Origin: Candidatus Omnitrophota bacterium
GTDB taxonomy: Bacteria > Omnitrophota > Gorgyraeia > Zapsychrales > Fredricksoniimonadaceae
Direction: 5' to 3'
Assembly: GCA_013286575.1 (NCBI GenBank)
Contig: JABDFL010000001.1
Span: 9,905 to 73,904 of the forward strand
DNA length: 64,000 nt
The position numbers were made by a program, and so were the translations under genes. How positions within the stretch are numbered: position 1 is the first letter of the stretch; each line of letters begins with the position of its first letter. Positions 18,522-27,648 of this stretch are shown in pieces. A model generated the notes under the pieces. That model searched no databases. It saw only the letters and a list, made by a program, of their open reading frames with translations, and was not told where the DNA came from.

Positions 18522-19649
18522 ATGAGAAATAACAAGGACATCACAGTGTACGTCGCCATGAGCGGCGGGGTGGACTCCTCGGTGGTGGCCGGGCTTATCA
18601 AAGAGGCCGGCTATAATACTATCGGGGTGACCATGTGCTTTAACATCACGCACAATGACGGCAAGGCCTCCTGCTGCGGCATTGACGGCATTGCCGATGC
18701 CAAGCGCGCGGCAGACATCCTTGACATCCCTCATTATGTGTTTAATTTCGCCCACGATATCAACGCCTACATCATTGATAATTTTACCGACGAGTATTTA
18801 AACGGCCGGACGCCCAATCCCTGTGTGCGCTGCAACCAGCATTTGAAATTCGGCACCCTTTATCAAAAAGTCAAGGCTTTGGGTGCCGGGTATTTAGCCA
18901 CAGGCCATTACGGTAAAATAGAATTTAACGTTGAAAGAAATTGCCATGAATTAAAGAAAGCCATTGATCCCAGGAAAGACCAGTCTTATTTTTTATACAG
19001 CATGAATAAGGAAACATTGCCGTCGGTGATGTTCCCGCTGGGCGGCCTGACCAAGCCGGAGGTGCGCGCGCTTGCCCGTAAATTCGCCCTTAACACCGCC
19101 GAGAAACCCGAAAGCCAGGACATTTGTTTTGTCCCTGCCAGCGGGTATAAGAAATTTATCGAAAACCGGGTAGGGGCTGAGGCGATGACCCCGGGGCCTT
19201 TCATCGATGAAAACGGGAAGGTCATAGGTCAACATAAGGGTTTGGCAAATTACACCATCGGCCAGCGCGATAAATTGGGTTTGGCGCTGGGTTATCCGGT
19301 TTATGTTTACAAGATGGACCGCGCGGCGAATTCCGTCCATATCGGGAACCTGAGACGGCTGTATTCCGGCGGTTTGAAGGCCAGTGGCATGAATTGGGTG
19401 AGCATTGAAATTCCTCAAGAAACCATAGAAGTTAGCGCCAGAATCCGTTATAATTCTCCTGAAGTCAAAGCGTATTTAACATCGACAGATAAGGGCTCGG
19501 TCCGTGTTGAGTTTGCAGAGCCGCAGAAGTCTGTCACTCCCGGCCAATCGGTGGTTTTTTACGATGGTGAGGTGGTCCTGGGAGGCGCTGTTATCGACGA
19601 GGCCATTGCCTGTGCCGATGAAGAGTTAGCTTTGGCTGATATAAAATAA
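18522..19649 (+). CDS. mnmA: tRNA 2-thiouridylase (CXXC type)
   Basis: AMSGGVDS, TPNPCVRCN, ATGHY, KDQSYFL, SQDICF, TPGQ. Confidence 0.95.
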   Translation: MRNNKDITVYVAMSGGVDSSVVAGLIKEAGYNTIGVTMCFNITHNDGKASCCGIDGIADAKRAADILDIPHYVFNFAHDINAYIIDNFTDEYLNGRTPNPCVRCNQHLKFGTLYQKVKALGAGYLATGHYGKIEFNVERNCHELKKAIDPRKDQSYFLYSMNKETLPSVMFPLGGLTKPEVRALARKFALNTAEKPESQDICFVPASGYKKFIENRVGAEAMTPGPFIDENGKVIGQHKGLANYTIGQRDKLGLALGYPVYVYKMDRAANSVHIGNLRRLYSGGLKASGMNWVSIEIPQETIEVSARIRYNSPEVKAYLTSTDKGSVRVEFAEPQKSVTPGQSVVFYDGEVVLGGAVIDEAIACADEELALADIK

Positions 19650-19663
19650 CAGGAGAACCATAC

Positions 19664-20335
19664 ATGAAAATTTTCTTCGGCCTGCTGGCATTATTGTTTA
19701 TTACAGCACCTTTTTCTTCCGCCCAAAATGTCAATCCCGCCCGTATCTATGAAGAGTCAAGAGGCACAGAGCCTCCGGTTGAAGGGGTGTGGCATGTCTA
19801 TGACCGCAACGGGAACTTACTGAGAGAAGAAAATTACCATAACTACAGGCTCGATGGCGAGATGAGGATTTTTTATCCTTCCGGCGCCCTAAAGGAGTTG
19901 TTATATTATTCAGATGGCTTGCGCGAGGGGGATGACAAGGCTTATTATGAGAGCGGCGGCCTGGACCACGAAGATGCTTATGAGAACAATGATCTCGAGG
20001 GGCCGAGCGTGCATTATTATGATACCGGTGAAGTTAAAAGCCGCGAGCATTATACCAATGGCAAGTTAGACGGAGAAAGAACAGTCCTTTTCAAGAGCGG
20101 GATTTTGAAACAAAGCATGTATTACGTCAATGGCTTGCTTGACGGCGTTGTTGCGACCTATACGGAAGACGGGCAGATAGTCATGGATGAACATTATATC
20201 CACGGGGTTTTAATCAGCCATAATGAATATGGCGATAAATCGGTTTATGAGTCCAAGAATGATTCTTCCAGCGGTACCGGTGCGCCTACCCCCAATAATG
20301 CGCCGGCGCCTGCAGATATGCCCACCAAATTATGA
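19664..20335 (+). CDS. Exported MORN-variant/YwqK-repeat protein
   Basis: Signal peptide; repeated YYxxGxLxxExxYxNxxLxG units. Confidence 0.8.
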   Translation: MKIFFGLLALLFITAPFSSAQNVNPARIYEESRGTEPPVEGVWHVYDRNGNLLREENYHNYRLDGEMRIFYPSGALKELLYYSDGLREGDDKAYYESGGLDHEDAYENNDLEGPSVHYYDTGEVKSREHYTNGKLDGERTVLFKSGILKQSMYYVNGLLDGVVATYTEDGQIVMDEHYIHGVLISHNEYGDKSVYESKNDSSSGTGAPTPNNAPAPADMPTKL

Positions 20336-20370
20336 AGACCCCCTATTACTTGCTAGGCAAAGGTTGAGGA

Positions 20371-21642
20371 ATGATTACCCTTAATTCAGATTATCTTAAG
20401 GGCTTTGTATCAGCCCATGAACTTGCGGGCATTTTCCCCTCGGTGCGCCTCGCCCATGACAATTTGCATGATCATAAGGGTGCCGGATCAGAATTTACCG
20501 GCTGGCTTGATTTACCTTCCCGCATTCCGGACACATTGATCAAAGAAATTTCATCTTTAGCCGGCGAAGTGCACAAAAATTCCGACTGCATTGTCTCCAT
20601 CGGTATCGGCGGATCTTATCTGGGCATCCGAGCCACCGTTGATTTTCTGGGCGGGGGGAAATTACCGGTTTATTACGCGGGACATACCATCAGCAGTGAT
20701 TATCTGCACCAGCTTTTAGCCACCCTAAAAGACAAACGCATCACGGTGGTTGTTATTTCCAAATCCGGCACCACCACCGAGCCTGCCATTGCCTTCCGGG
20801 TGATCAAAAAGCTTTTGGAAAGCAAATACCAGGGCGAAGAATTAAAAAAGCGCATCATCTGCGTTACCGACGAGAAAAAAGGGGCCCTACGCAAGATCGC
20901 GGACAAGGAAGGATACCGCTCTTATATTATTCCCGATGATGTGGGCGGGCGTTATTCAATATTGACGCCGGTGGGCTTGGTCCCTTTGGCATTGGCGGGG
21001 ATAGATATTCAAAGTTTGGTGGACGGCGCCAGAAAAGCCCAGGCGGAATATGCCGTTTGTGATCTGGATAAAAATACCTGTTACCGTTACGCGGCCTTGC
21101 GCAATATCCTTTATGCCAAGGGCAAGAAAATTGAAGTCCTTTCTTCTTTTTATCCTAATGTTTTTTATGTGGCGGAGTGGTTCAAGCAGCTTTTTGGTGA
21201 AAGCGAAGGCAAGCAGGGCAAAGGCATTTTTCCGGCTTCCCTTATCATGTCAACAGACCTTCATTCGATGGGGCAATGGATGCAGGAGGCGGAGCGTACG
21301 GTGTTTGAGACTTTTCTTCAGATCGAAAAGCCCCATCACGATGTCATCATCCCTAAGACTGAGGAAGATTTAGACGGTTTCAATTATGTCGCGGGAAAAG
21401 GTTTTGATTTTGTGAATAAAAAAGCGTATGAGGGCACTTCTGCGGCGCATTTTGAGGGTGGAGTGCCGAACATGACCATCACTTTATGCAAAGCTGATAC
21501 CATGCATCTGGGGCATCTGTATTATTTTCTTGAAAAAGCCTGCGGCATTTCCGGGTATATCTTAGGCGTGAATCCTTTTGACCAGCCCGGGGTGGAAGCG
21601 TATAAGAAGAAGATGTTCGCGTTGCTGGGTAAAAACCAGTAG
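20371..21642 (+). CDS. pgi: Glucose-6-phosphate isomerase
   Basis: GIGGSYLG, ISKSGTTTE, VGGRYS, QLFGESEGK, NPFDQPGVEAYK. Confidence 0.96.
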   Translation: MITLNSDYLKGFVSAHELAGIFPSVRLAHDNLHDHKGAGSEFTGWLDLPSRIPDTLIKEISSLAGEVHKNSDCIVSIGIGGSYLGIRATVDFLGGGKLPVYYAGHTISSDYLHQLLATLKDKRITVVVISKSGTTTEPAIAFRVIKKLLESKYQGEELKKRIICVTDEKKGALRKIADKEGYRSYIIPDDVGGRYSILTPVGLVPLALAGIDIQSLVDGARKAQAEYAVCDLDKNTCYRYAALRNILYAKGKKIEVLSSFYPNVFYVAEWFKQLFGESEGKQGKGIFPASLIMSTDLHSMGQWMQEAERTVFETFLQIEKPHHDVIIPKTEEDLDGFNYVAGKGFDFVNKKAYEGTSAAHFEGGVPNMTITLCKADTMHLGHLYYFLEKACGISGYILGVNPFDQPGVEAYKKKMFALLGKNQ

Positions 21643-21669
21643 CAAAATATATCGGGGCTTAAGGGCCCA

Positions 21670-21761
21670 TAAAACGCAAAACCCACGGTCAACGCCGTAG
21701 GTTTTGTAAGGGGATAGGCCTTAGACTTGCTTTCGCTATCCGCGGGATCCTCCGTTACTTC
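21670..21761 (-). ncRNA. Candidate orphan small RNA (about 90 nt)
   Basis: Minus-strand TTGCAT-17-TATACT promoter (21796-21768), GGATAG/CTATCC stem, terminal hairpin plus U-rich tail. Confidence 0.5.
21671..21707 (-). terminator. Intrinsic terminator, minus strand
   Basis: CAAAACCTACGG-CGTTGA-CCGTGGGTTTTG then CGTTTT; the U-G wobble works only on the minus strand. Confidence 0.7.
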
Positions 21762-21836
21762 ACTTTCAGTATACTACTAATTATTTTAAAATGCAAATTT
21801 GTAAAAGTGATGCAGGTATTTATTCCACAATAGTTT

Positions 21837-23465
21837 ATGAATGAGACAAAAAATAGTTTTGAAATAGTTCTTGCCGCGCGCGGGCTTTGCAAGACCTATC
21901 CTGATTCGCAAAGCAAGGGGGTTGTCAAAGCCCTGGATCAGTTGGATTTGACTGTCCGTGAAGGAGAGATTTTAGGCATTTTAGGCCCCAATGGCGCAGG
22001 TAAGACCACATGTTTAAATACGCTGGCAACCTTATTATTGCCTGATACGGGTGAAATTGAGATTTTTGGACTGAAATCTGTCCCCAAGAATTTCAATGCC
22101 GTACGTTCCTGGATCAATATGTCTTCAGGCTATCCTAATTATGCCTTTAGCCTGACCGTTGAAGAGAATCTTAAATTTTACGGCCGGCTTTATGGATTAC
22201 GGGGAGATCCTTTACAGCGTAAGGTTGATGAGGTCACAAGCCTTTTTGAACTGCAGTCCTATGCCAAACGCCGCTTTGATGAGTTATCGTCGGGCACCAA
22301 GCAGCGTTTGTCCCTGGCTAAATCGCTCATCAATGATCCGAAGATTTTGTTTTTAGACGAGCCCACCATCGGCCTTGACCCTGATGTGTCTTTGAAAACC
22401 CGTGAAATAATCCTGGATATTTTGCGCCGGCGCCGGATGACCGTGCTTTTGACCAGCCATAACATGGCGGAAGTCGAGGCCATGTGCGAGCGGGTCGCCT
22501 TTATCCAAAAAGGACGGATCATCAAATTAGCCGCCGTGGATGAACTCAAACGCCTGCACCATACCGATGATCTGGAAAAAATATTCATCCAATTGGCACA
22601 TCAAACTAATGCGGTATCAGTGCCGGAAGAAAAATTGAGGAGGGGAACGACCAAAATCTTGCCGGTCCCCCCCAGCGGCGGTTTGCAGGCATGGCTCAAC
22701 CGCGCCCTTGCCTTTACAACCCGCAGCGGCATTTTTGCCCGGCGTAATTTATTTGTGATGACGGATGTCTTTTTCTGGCCGATGATTTCTTTGCTTTCCA
22801 TCGGGTTTATGGCCAAATTCGTCAAATTAGGCCCTCAAACGTTAGGCTTTGTGATGTCAGGGACCCTGGCCGCGGGTGTTTTGCAGATCGCCCAGCTGGA
22901 TGTCGGCTATACCGTGCTTTATGAATTATGGTCGAAAAGCTTAAAACACACCTTATTAACACCCGTCGGTGTTTCCGAAGGGGTGGCAGGGACATGGATG
23001 ATCGGCATGGTCAGGGGTTTTATCGCCTTTGTACTTTTGACATCTGCCGCCGCATGGGGTTTTGGTTTTTACCTGCCGGGGCTTTTGACCACCGCATTAT
23101 TTTTATTCGGCCTTTTTGCCTGTGCTTTTATTTTAGGCATCCTGGTTAATATCCTTATTTTGTCCTTCGGCCAAAAAGTAGAGATCACCGCCTGGATGTT
23201 TGCCCAGTTATTCATGATCCTCTGCGGCATTTATTATCCGGTGGATATGCTGCCCAAATTCTTTCAATACCTGGCATTAGGGGTCCCTATCACACATTTC
23301 CTGGAATTTTTCCGCCAGTCCTACGGCTTTAAAGCCCACACACCGTATCCGCTGCTCACCGGCTTGGCCCTGACCCTTCTCTATATAATACTTTCCCTGC
23401 GCCTTTTGGGCCACGCCTACACAAGGGCCCGTAAAAAAGGCATCATCATCCGGTTATCGGAATAG
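21837..23465 (+). CDS. ABC exporter, ATPase fused to ABC-2 permease
   Basis: GPNGAGKTT, LSSGTKQ, FLDEPT, TSH; C-terminal multi-TM domain with GIYYPV. Confidence 0.88.
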   Translation: MNETKNSFEIVLAARGLCKTYPDSQSKGVVKALDQLDLTVREGEILGILGPNGAGKTTCLNTLATLLLPDTGEIEIFGLKSVPKNFNAVRSWINMSSGYPNYAFSLTVEENLKFYGRLYGLRGDPLQRKVDEVTSLFELQSYAKRRFDELSSGTKQRLSLAKSLINDPKILFLDEPTIGLDPDVSLKTREIILDILRRRRMTVLLTSHNMAEVEAMCERVAFIQKGRIIKLAAVDELKRLHHTDDLEKIFIQLAHQTNAVSVPEEKLRRGTTKILPVPPSGGLQAWLNRALAFTTRSGIFARRNLFVMTDVFFWPMISLLSIGFMAKFVKLGPQTLGFVMSGTLAAGVLQIAQLDVGYTVLYELWSKSLKHTLLTPVGVSEGVAGTWMIGMVRGFIAFVLLTSAAAWGFGFYLPGLLTTALFLFGLFACAFILGILVNILILSFGQKVEITAWMFAQLFMILCGIYYPVDMLPKFFQYLALGVPITHFLEFFRQSYGFKAHTPYPLLTGLALTLLYIILSLRLLGHAYTRARKKGIIIRLSE

Positions 23466-23540
23466 ATTTCCCTTGTCGCTTTCCCTCATCCCTTATACAA
23501 TAAAGGTAATTGTTAACCCTGAATTTTTAAGGAGTCCTTT

Positions 23541-23720
23541 ATGGGTCGTTTGCCCGAAATGATTTTAATTGTATCCGTGTTCATATTGCTTTTTGGCGCG
23601 CAGAAATTGCCTGAGGTTGGTGCTGCCCTGGGGCGCGCTATCCGTGAATTCAAGAAGAACATGCGCGAGACTGAAGAAGAAATCAAAAAGCCCATCGAAT
23701 CTGAAGCAAGCCCCAAGTGA
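23541..23720 (+). CDS. tatA: Twin-arginine translocase TatA/E (59 aa, absent from ORF track)
   Basis: MGRLPEMILIVSVFILLFGAQKLPEVGAALGRAIREFKK; AAGGAG RBS. Confidence 0.93.
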   Translation: MGRLPEMILIVSVFILLFGAQKLPEVGAALGRAIREFKKNMRETEEEIKKPIESEASPK

Positions 23721-24427
23721 TCCTGGAATCTTTTTTTAAATCTTTTTTCAAGCACATCGAAGAATTGCGCTCGCGGATCATCAAATCCGCGGGCGCTTTT
23801 GTTCTGGCTTTCTGCCTTTGTTATGGTTTCATAGGCAAACTCATCCCGTATCTCATCGCCCCTGCCGGCCATTTGGTTTTTACGGCACCTGCTGATGCAT
23901 TTTCAGCCTACATGATGGTCGGGGCACTCATGGCGTTGATCATTGCCTCACCCTACATTTTTTATCAGATATGGGCTTTTATCGGCGGCGCGCTCAAACC
24001 ATCAGAGAAGAAATTCGTTCTTATTTTTGCCCCACTGTCGTTATTATTTTTTTTATCGGGAGGGGCCTTCGCGTATTTCCTGGCCGTGCCCAGGGCTTAT
24101 AAATTCCTGATGAGTTTTTCTTCGGATTATTTAGTGCCGATGGTCACGGTCAAAAATTATTTGGGATTTTTAGGCCACATGATCGTGGCTTTTGGCGTGG
24201 CTTTCGAACTTCCGCTGGTCCTGGCTTTTTTGGCAAAGATCGGCATTGCCTCACCGGAGTATTTGCGCCAAATGAGGCGCCATGCCTATATGATTATTTT
24301 GATCATCGCGGCATTATTGGCGCCGCCGGACATCATGTCCATGCTTCTCTTGGCTGTTCCGTTGATTGTGTTGTATGAGGTGGGGATTGTTTTTGTGAAG
24401 TTCTTCTACAAACATAAAACCCTCTGA
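23717..24427 (+). CDS. tatC: Twin-arginine translocase TatC
   Basis: HIEELRSR, YQIWAFI, GVAFELP, APPD. Confidence 0.93.
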   Translation: MILESFFKSFFKHIEELRSRIIKSAGAFVLAFCLCYGFIGKLIPYLIAPAGHLVFTAPADAFSAYMMVGALMALIIASPYIFYQIWAFIGGALKPSEKKFVLIFAPLSLLFFLSGGAFAYFLAVPRAYKFLMSFSSDYLVPMVTVKNYLGFLGHMIVAFGVAFELPLVLAFLAKIGIASPEYLRQMRRHAYMIILIIAALLAPPDIMSMLLLAVPLIVLYEVGIVFVKFFYKHKTL

Positions 24428-24473
24428 GAACATCAATCAAAGGGTTTTATGAAAATGCATGAACAAACAGCAG

Positions 24474-24521
24474 TTATTTCTTCTTAGCTGTTTTCTTTTT
24501 TGCTTTTTTCTTGGTAGCCAT
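24474..24521 (-). CDS. Candidate 15-aa lysine-rich micropeptide MATKKKAKKKTAKKK
   Basis: AGAAAGGAG RBS 6 nt before ATG; upstream TTGCAT-16-TAATAT with TGn. Confidence 0.6.
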   Translation of the reverse strand: MATKKKAKKKTAKKK

Positions 24522-24608
24522 GTGTAGCTCCTTTCTTAAAGATTGATTTGTTAATAAGATATTACCATTAAATTCTTTATATGCAAAAATTTTTTTTATA
24601 AATTTTTT

Positions 24609-25694
24609 ATGGGACCTTCATCATTATATATCCATATTCCATTCTGCATCCGCAAATGCCTGTTCTGTTCATTCGTCATTGCCGTGGGGCAGGAACACCG
24701 ACGGGAAGAATATGTAAATGCCCTCGTTAATGAAATGAAGGGCCATGAGGGCAAGCGCATCAAAACAATTTATTTTGGCGGCGGCACGCCCAGCATGTTG
24801 GATGAAAGCCACCTTGATGTTTTAATGAAGGCCATCAGGAATAATTTTACATTTCCAAACGGCATTGAGATCACCCTTGAAGCAAATCCTGAAAGCATCA
24901 ACCGCGCGAAAGCGGAATTTTTGAAGGCCCGGGGATTCAATCGCATCAGCCTTGGCGTGCAATCCCTTAATGACCGGTATTTAAAATTTTTAGGAAGAGG
25001 ACACAGCGCCTCCATGGCCCGGGATGCTTATCGCATTTTGCGCGAAGCGGGTTTTACCAACATCAACCTGGATCTGATGTACGCATTTGCGGGCCAGACA
25101 AAAGAGGAATTGGAACAAGACGTGCGCGCCATTTCGGCTATGGGCAGTGAGCATTTGTCTTTGTACACCCTGACCATTGAGCCCAACAGCCGTTTTCATG
25201 CCGTACAGATGAAATTGGATGATGATGAAAAACTGGCAGGGCAGTACCTGTTGACCGCGCGTATTTTAAACGGGGCAGGTTTTAAGCAATATGAGGTCAG
25301 TAATTTTGCCAAGCCGGGATTTGAATCTGTACACAACAGGAATTACTGGCAGGGAAACCCCTACATCGGTTTGGGGGTGGGCGCTCACGGGTTTAGCGGC
25401 CAGCGGCGTTACTGGAACACTTCCAATTTACAGGACTATATAAAAAGGGCTGGCCGCGGGGATTTGGTCATGGAGGGCCTGGAAGAGCTCACAAATTCTC
25501 AGCTGACGATGGAAAAAATATTGTTTGGTTTAAGGATGAACGAAGGTGTCCCCTGGAATATAGTGCCTTCGTTCAAGCATGCGAAGATCCGGGCCTGGAT
25601 CAGGGATGGTTTTTTATTGCTTGAGGATGGGTATTTAAAAACCACTGATCGCGGCCGCCTGGTCCTGGATGAATTATCCAGCCGTTTGATATGA
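24609..25694 (+). CDS. hemW: Radical SAM heme chaperone HemW (HemN-like)
   Basis: LYIHIPFCIRKCLFC, GGGTPS, EANP, YEVSNFA, HNRNYW. Confidence 0.88.
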   Translation: MGPSSLYIHIPFCIRKCLFCSFVIAVGQEHRREEYVNALVNEMKGHEGKRIKTIYFGGGTPSMLDESHLDVLMKAIRNNFTFPNGIEITLEANPESINRAKAEFLKARGFNRISLGVQSLNDRYLKFLGRGHSASMARDAYRILREAGFTNINLDLMYAFAGQTKEELEQDVRAISAMGSEHLSLYTLTIEPNSRFHAVQMKLDDDEKLAGQYLLTARILNGAGFKQYEVSNFAKPGFESVHNRNYWQGNPYIGLGVGAHGFSGQRRYWNTSNLQDYIKRAGRGDLVMEGLEELTNSQLTMEKILFGLRMNEGVPWNIVPSFKHAKIRAWIRDGFLLLEDGYLKTTDRGRLVLDELSSRLI

Positions 25695-26756
25695 TGCGGA
25701 TATACGTTCTGAATGGCTGAAGAGTTTTAACAGGGAAGCTTCCAGCAGGCCGCGGTATTCATCATTCATGTCCAAAACATTCAGGATTTTTTGTGCTTCC
25801 TTGAGGCGTGTATGGATGGCGGCAAGCGCATAGTCCAGGCTTTTGGTTTTTACAAAAATCTTTTTAACGGTTTCCAGGTCTTTGAGGGTCTTGGTTTTTT
25901 TAGTGAAGATGTTCAGGAACTCTTTCTTAGCTTCCCCCCTCAGCACGCTGAAGGCGTGGGTCACCAGAAGCGTTTTTTTACCTTCCGCTAAATCACTAAG
26001 GATGGATTTTCCGATATTCGCTTCCGTTTCAAATATCCCTATAATATCATCCTGCACCTGAAACGCCTGGCCGATGAGAATGCCGAAGCGTGAGATCCTT
26101 TTGATTTCTTTATTTCCGGCACCGGCCAGGATGGCCCCCGTGACCATGGGGCAGTCAAAGGTGTAGCGCGCGGTTTTAAGCGTGTAATTAAGGAAGACTT
26201 CTTTTTCATCAACGTCTTCAACGGTCTTGACCCCGCTGACAGTGTCGATGAATTCCCCCATGGCGGTAAAGGCCGCGGTTTGGATAAAGTATTTCAGGGC
26301 CCGTTCTTTACGCTCGGAAGGTTCATCGATGGATAAAAACGCGTCGATGGCCAGTGCATAAACAATGTCACCGGCGATAATGCCTAAGTCAATGCCTAAT
26401 TTGCCGGGGTCCTTGGTCTTGACCGTGTGTTCCAGGATCTTGTGCATGGTAGGCTTGCCGCGGCGCAGGTCTGAACGGTCGATGATATCATCATGGATGA
26501 GCATGAAGTTATGCAAGAATTCCATGCAGGTGGACGCATTGTACAATTTGCGGGAAATTTTTTTAGAAGCGGGCGCATAGCCTTTATAGGTCAGGATTAA
26601 AAGCAGCGGCCGCAGGCGCTTGCCTTCCCGCAGGGTGAATTCGCGGATGCTTTCAAACAATAAAGGAGAGACCAGGTGCAGCTTGTAGTCTTTCTTGACA
26701 GTGTCGAGAAATTCGCCAAGGCTTCTATCGATATTTTTTCGTATTTGCTCAATCAC
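25674..26756 (-). CDS. Polyprenyl diphosphate synthase (IdsA-like)
   Basis: GKRLRP, LIHDDIID..RRG, KTARY, FQVQDD, DLAEGKKT. Confidence 0.92.
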   Translation of the reverse strand: MIEQIRKNIDRSLGEFLDTVKKDYKLHLVSPLLFESIREFTLREGKRLRPLLLILTYKGYAPASKKISRKLYNASTCMEFLHNFMLIHDDIIDRSDLRRGKPTMHKILEHTVKTKDPGKLGIDLGIIAGDIVYALAIDAFLSIDEPSERKERALKYFIQTAAFTAMGEFIDTVSGVKTVEDVDEKEVFLNYTLKTARYTFDCPMVTGAILAGAGNKEIKRISRFGILIGQAFQVQDDIIGIFETEANIGKSILSDLAEGKKTLLVTHAFSVLRGEAKKEFLNIFTKKTKTLKDLETVKKIFVKTKSLDYALAAIHTRLKEAQKILNVLDMNDEYRGLLEASLLKLFSHSERISASYQTAG

Positions 26757-26819
26757 GGCCGATAGTGTATCATATCAACGGATTTATCTCAAATATTCCT
26801 TTATAAGAAAGAGGGGCTT

Positions 26820-27479
26820 ATGCGCGTTTTGGGAATGATGGTGGCGGCAACGTTTTTGTCCTTAGCGGCGGCTTCTGCGGCAACGATCGACCTTTCCGAC
26901 GGGAGTTCAGTGCAGGGCGATATCATCAAGCAGGACAAGAAGAGCGTTCAAATTAACGTGGACGGCGTGACCATGACCTATTACTCTGATGAAATTAAGG
27001 ACATCGACGGACAGCCATTCGCGTCATCAGCACAGGCCGCACCTGCAGCTGTTGCCCAGCCGGAGATGGCCCCCCAACCTGAGCCTGCCGCCCCCGTTGC
27101 CCAATCTGAAACTCCCGATGAGCAAGGAACGGGGGATACGGATAAAAGGGCCCTGATTTTAAAATTCATTGATGTCTTTGGGACCCGTCAGGCCTTGACC
27201 AATAATTTCAATTTAATGATCCAGCAAATCGAAAAAGAAAAACCGGATGAAGCCCAAAAAATCCGCCAGCGTGTCAAGGTTGATGAGATCATTGATCGCC
27301 TTCTCCCCATATATGATCGTAATTTCACGTCTGATGATTTGAGGGCGTTCATTGCTTTTTATGGTTCACCTGAAGGCCGGAAATTAATAAACACCATCCC
27401 CGAGCTGATGAAAGAAAGCGTCCAGGAGAGTGTAAAATATATGGAAGAAAAATTTCCTGAGGTCAAGCAAGGGAACTAA
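26820..27479 (+). CDS. Exported protein with C-terminal DUF2059-like domain
   Basis: Signal peptide; FTSDDLRAFIAFYGSPEGRK. Confidence 0.75.
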   Translation: MRVLGMMVAATFLSLAAASAATIDLSDGSSVQGDIIKQDKKSVQINVDGVTMTYYSDEIKDIDGQPFASSAQAAPAAVAQPEMAPQPEPAAPVAQSETPDEQGTGDTDKRALILKFIDVFGTRQALTNNFNLMIQQIEKEKPDEAQKIRQRVKVDEIIDRLLPIYDRNFTSDDLRAFIAFYGSPEGRKLINTIPELMKESVQESVKYMEEKFPEVKQGN

Positions 27480-27536
27480 TAAATATTTATAAGTATATAT
27501 ATTGCAATATGTTGCACTCTTAATGGCTTTTTTAAG

Positions 27537-27565
27537 TTGACCGCATAATTTTTCTCTGCTAAGAT
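27537..27565 (+). promoter_or_regulatory. Promoter of the pur operon
   Basis: TTGACC-17 bp-TAAGAT with TGn. Confidence 0.55.
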
Positions 27566-27648
27566 TCCCTATTGCTTCGCTTGGCGGACCCGGGTTTAGG
27601 GCCAAATAATAAGCAAAACACTACTAATATCAAGTTTAAGGAGAGTCC

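Noticed and set aside
19664-20335. Toxin-antitoxin module (YwqK-like)
   Set aside because: Has a signal peptide and no adjacent toxin; a generic MORN-variant repeat protein
21820-21829. DnaA box-like TTATTCCACA
   Set aside because: Single imperfect match with no cluster
27571-27648. Purine or ZTP riboswitch upstream of purB
   Set aside because: Conserved cores were not found; kept only as an unclassified leader
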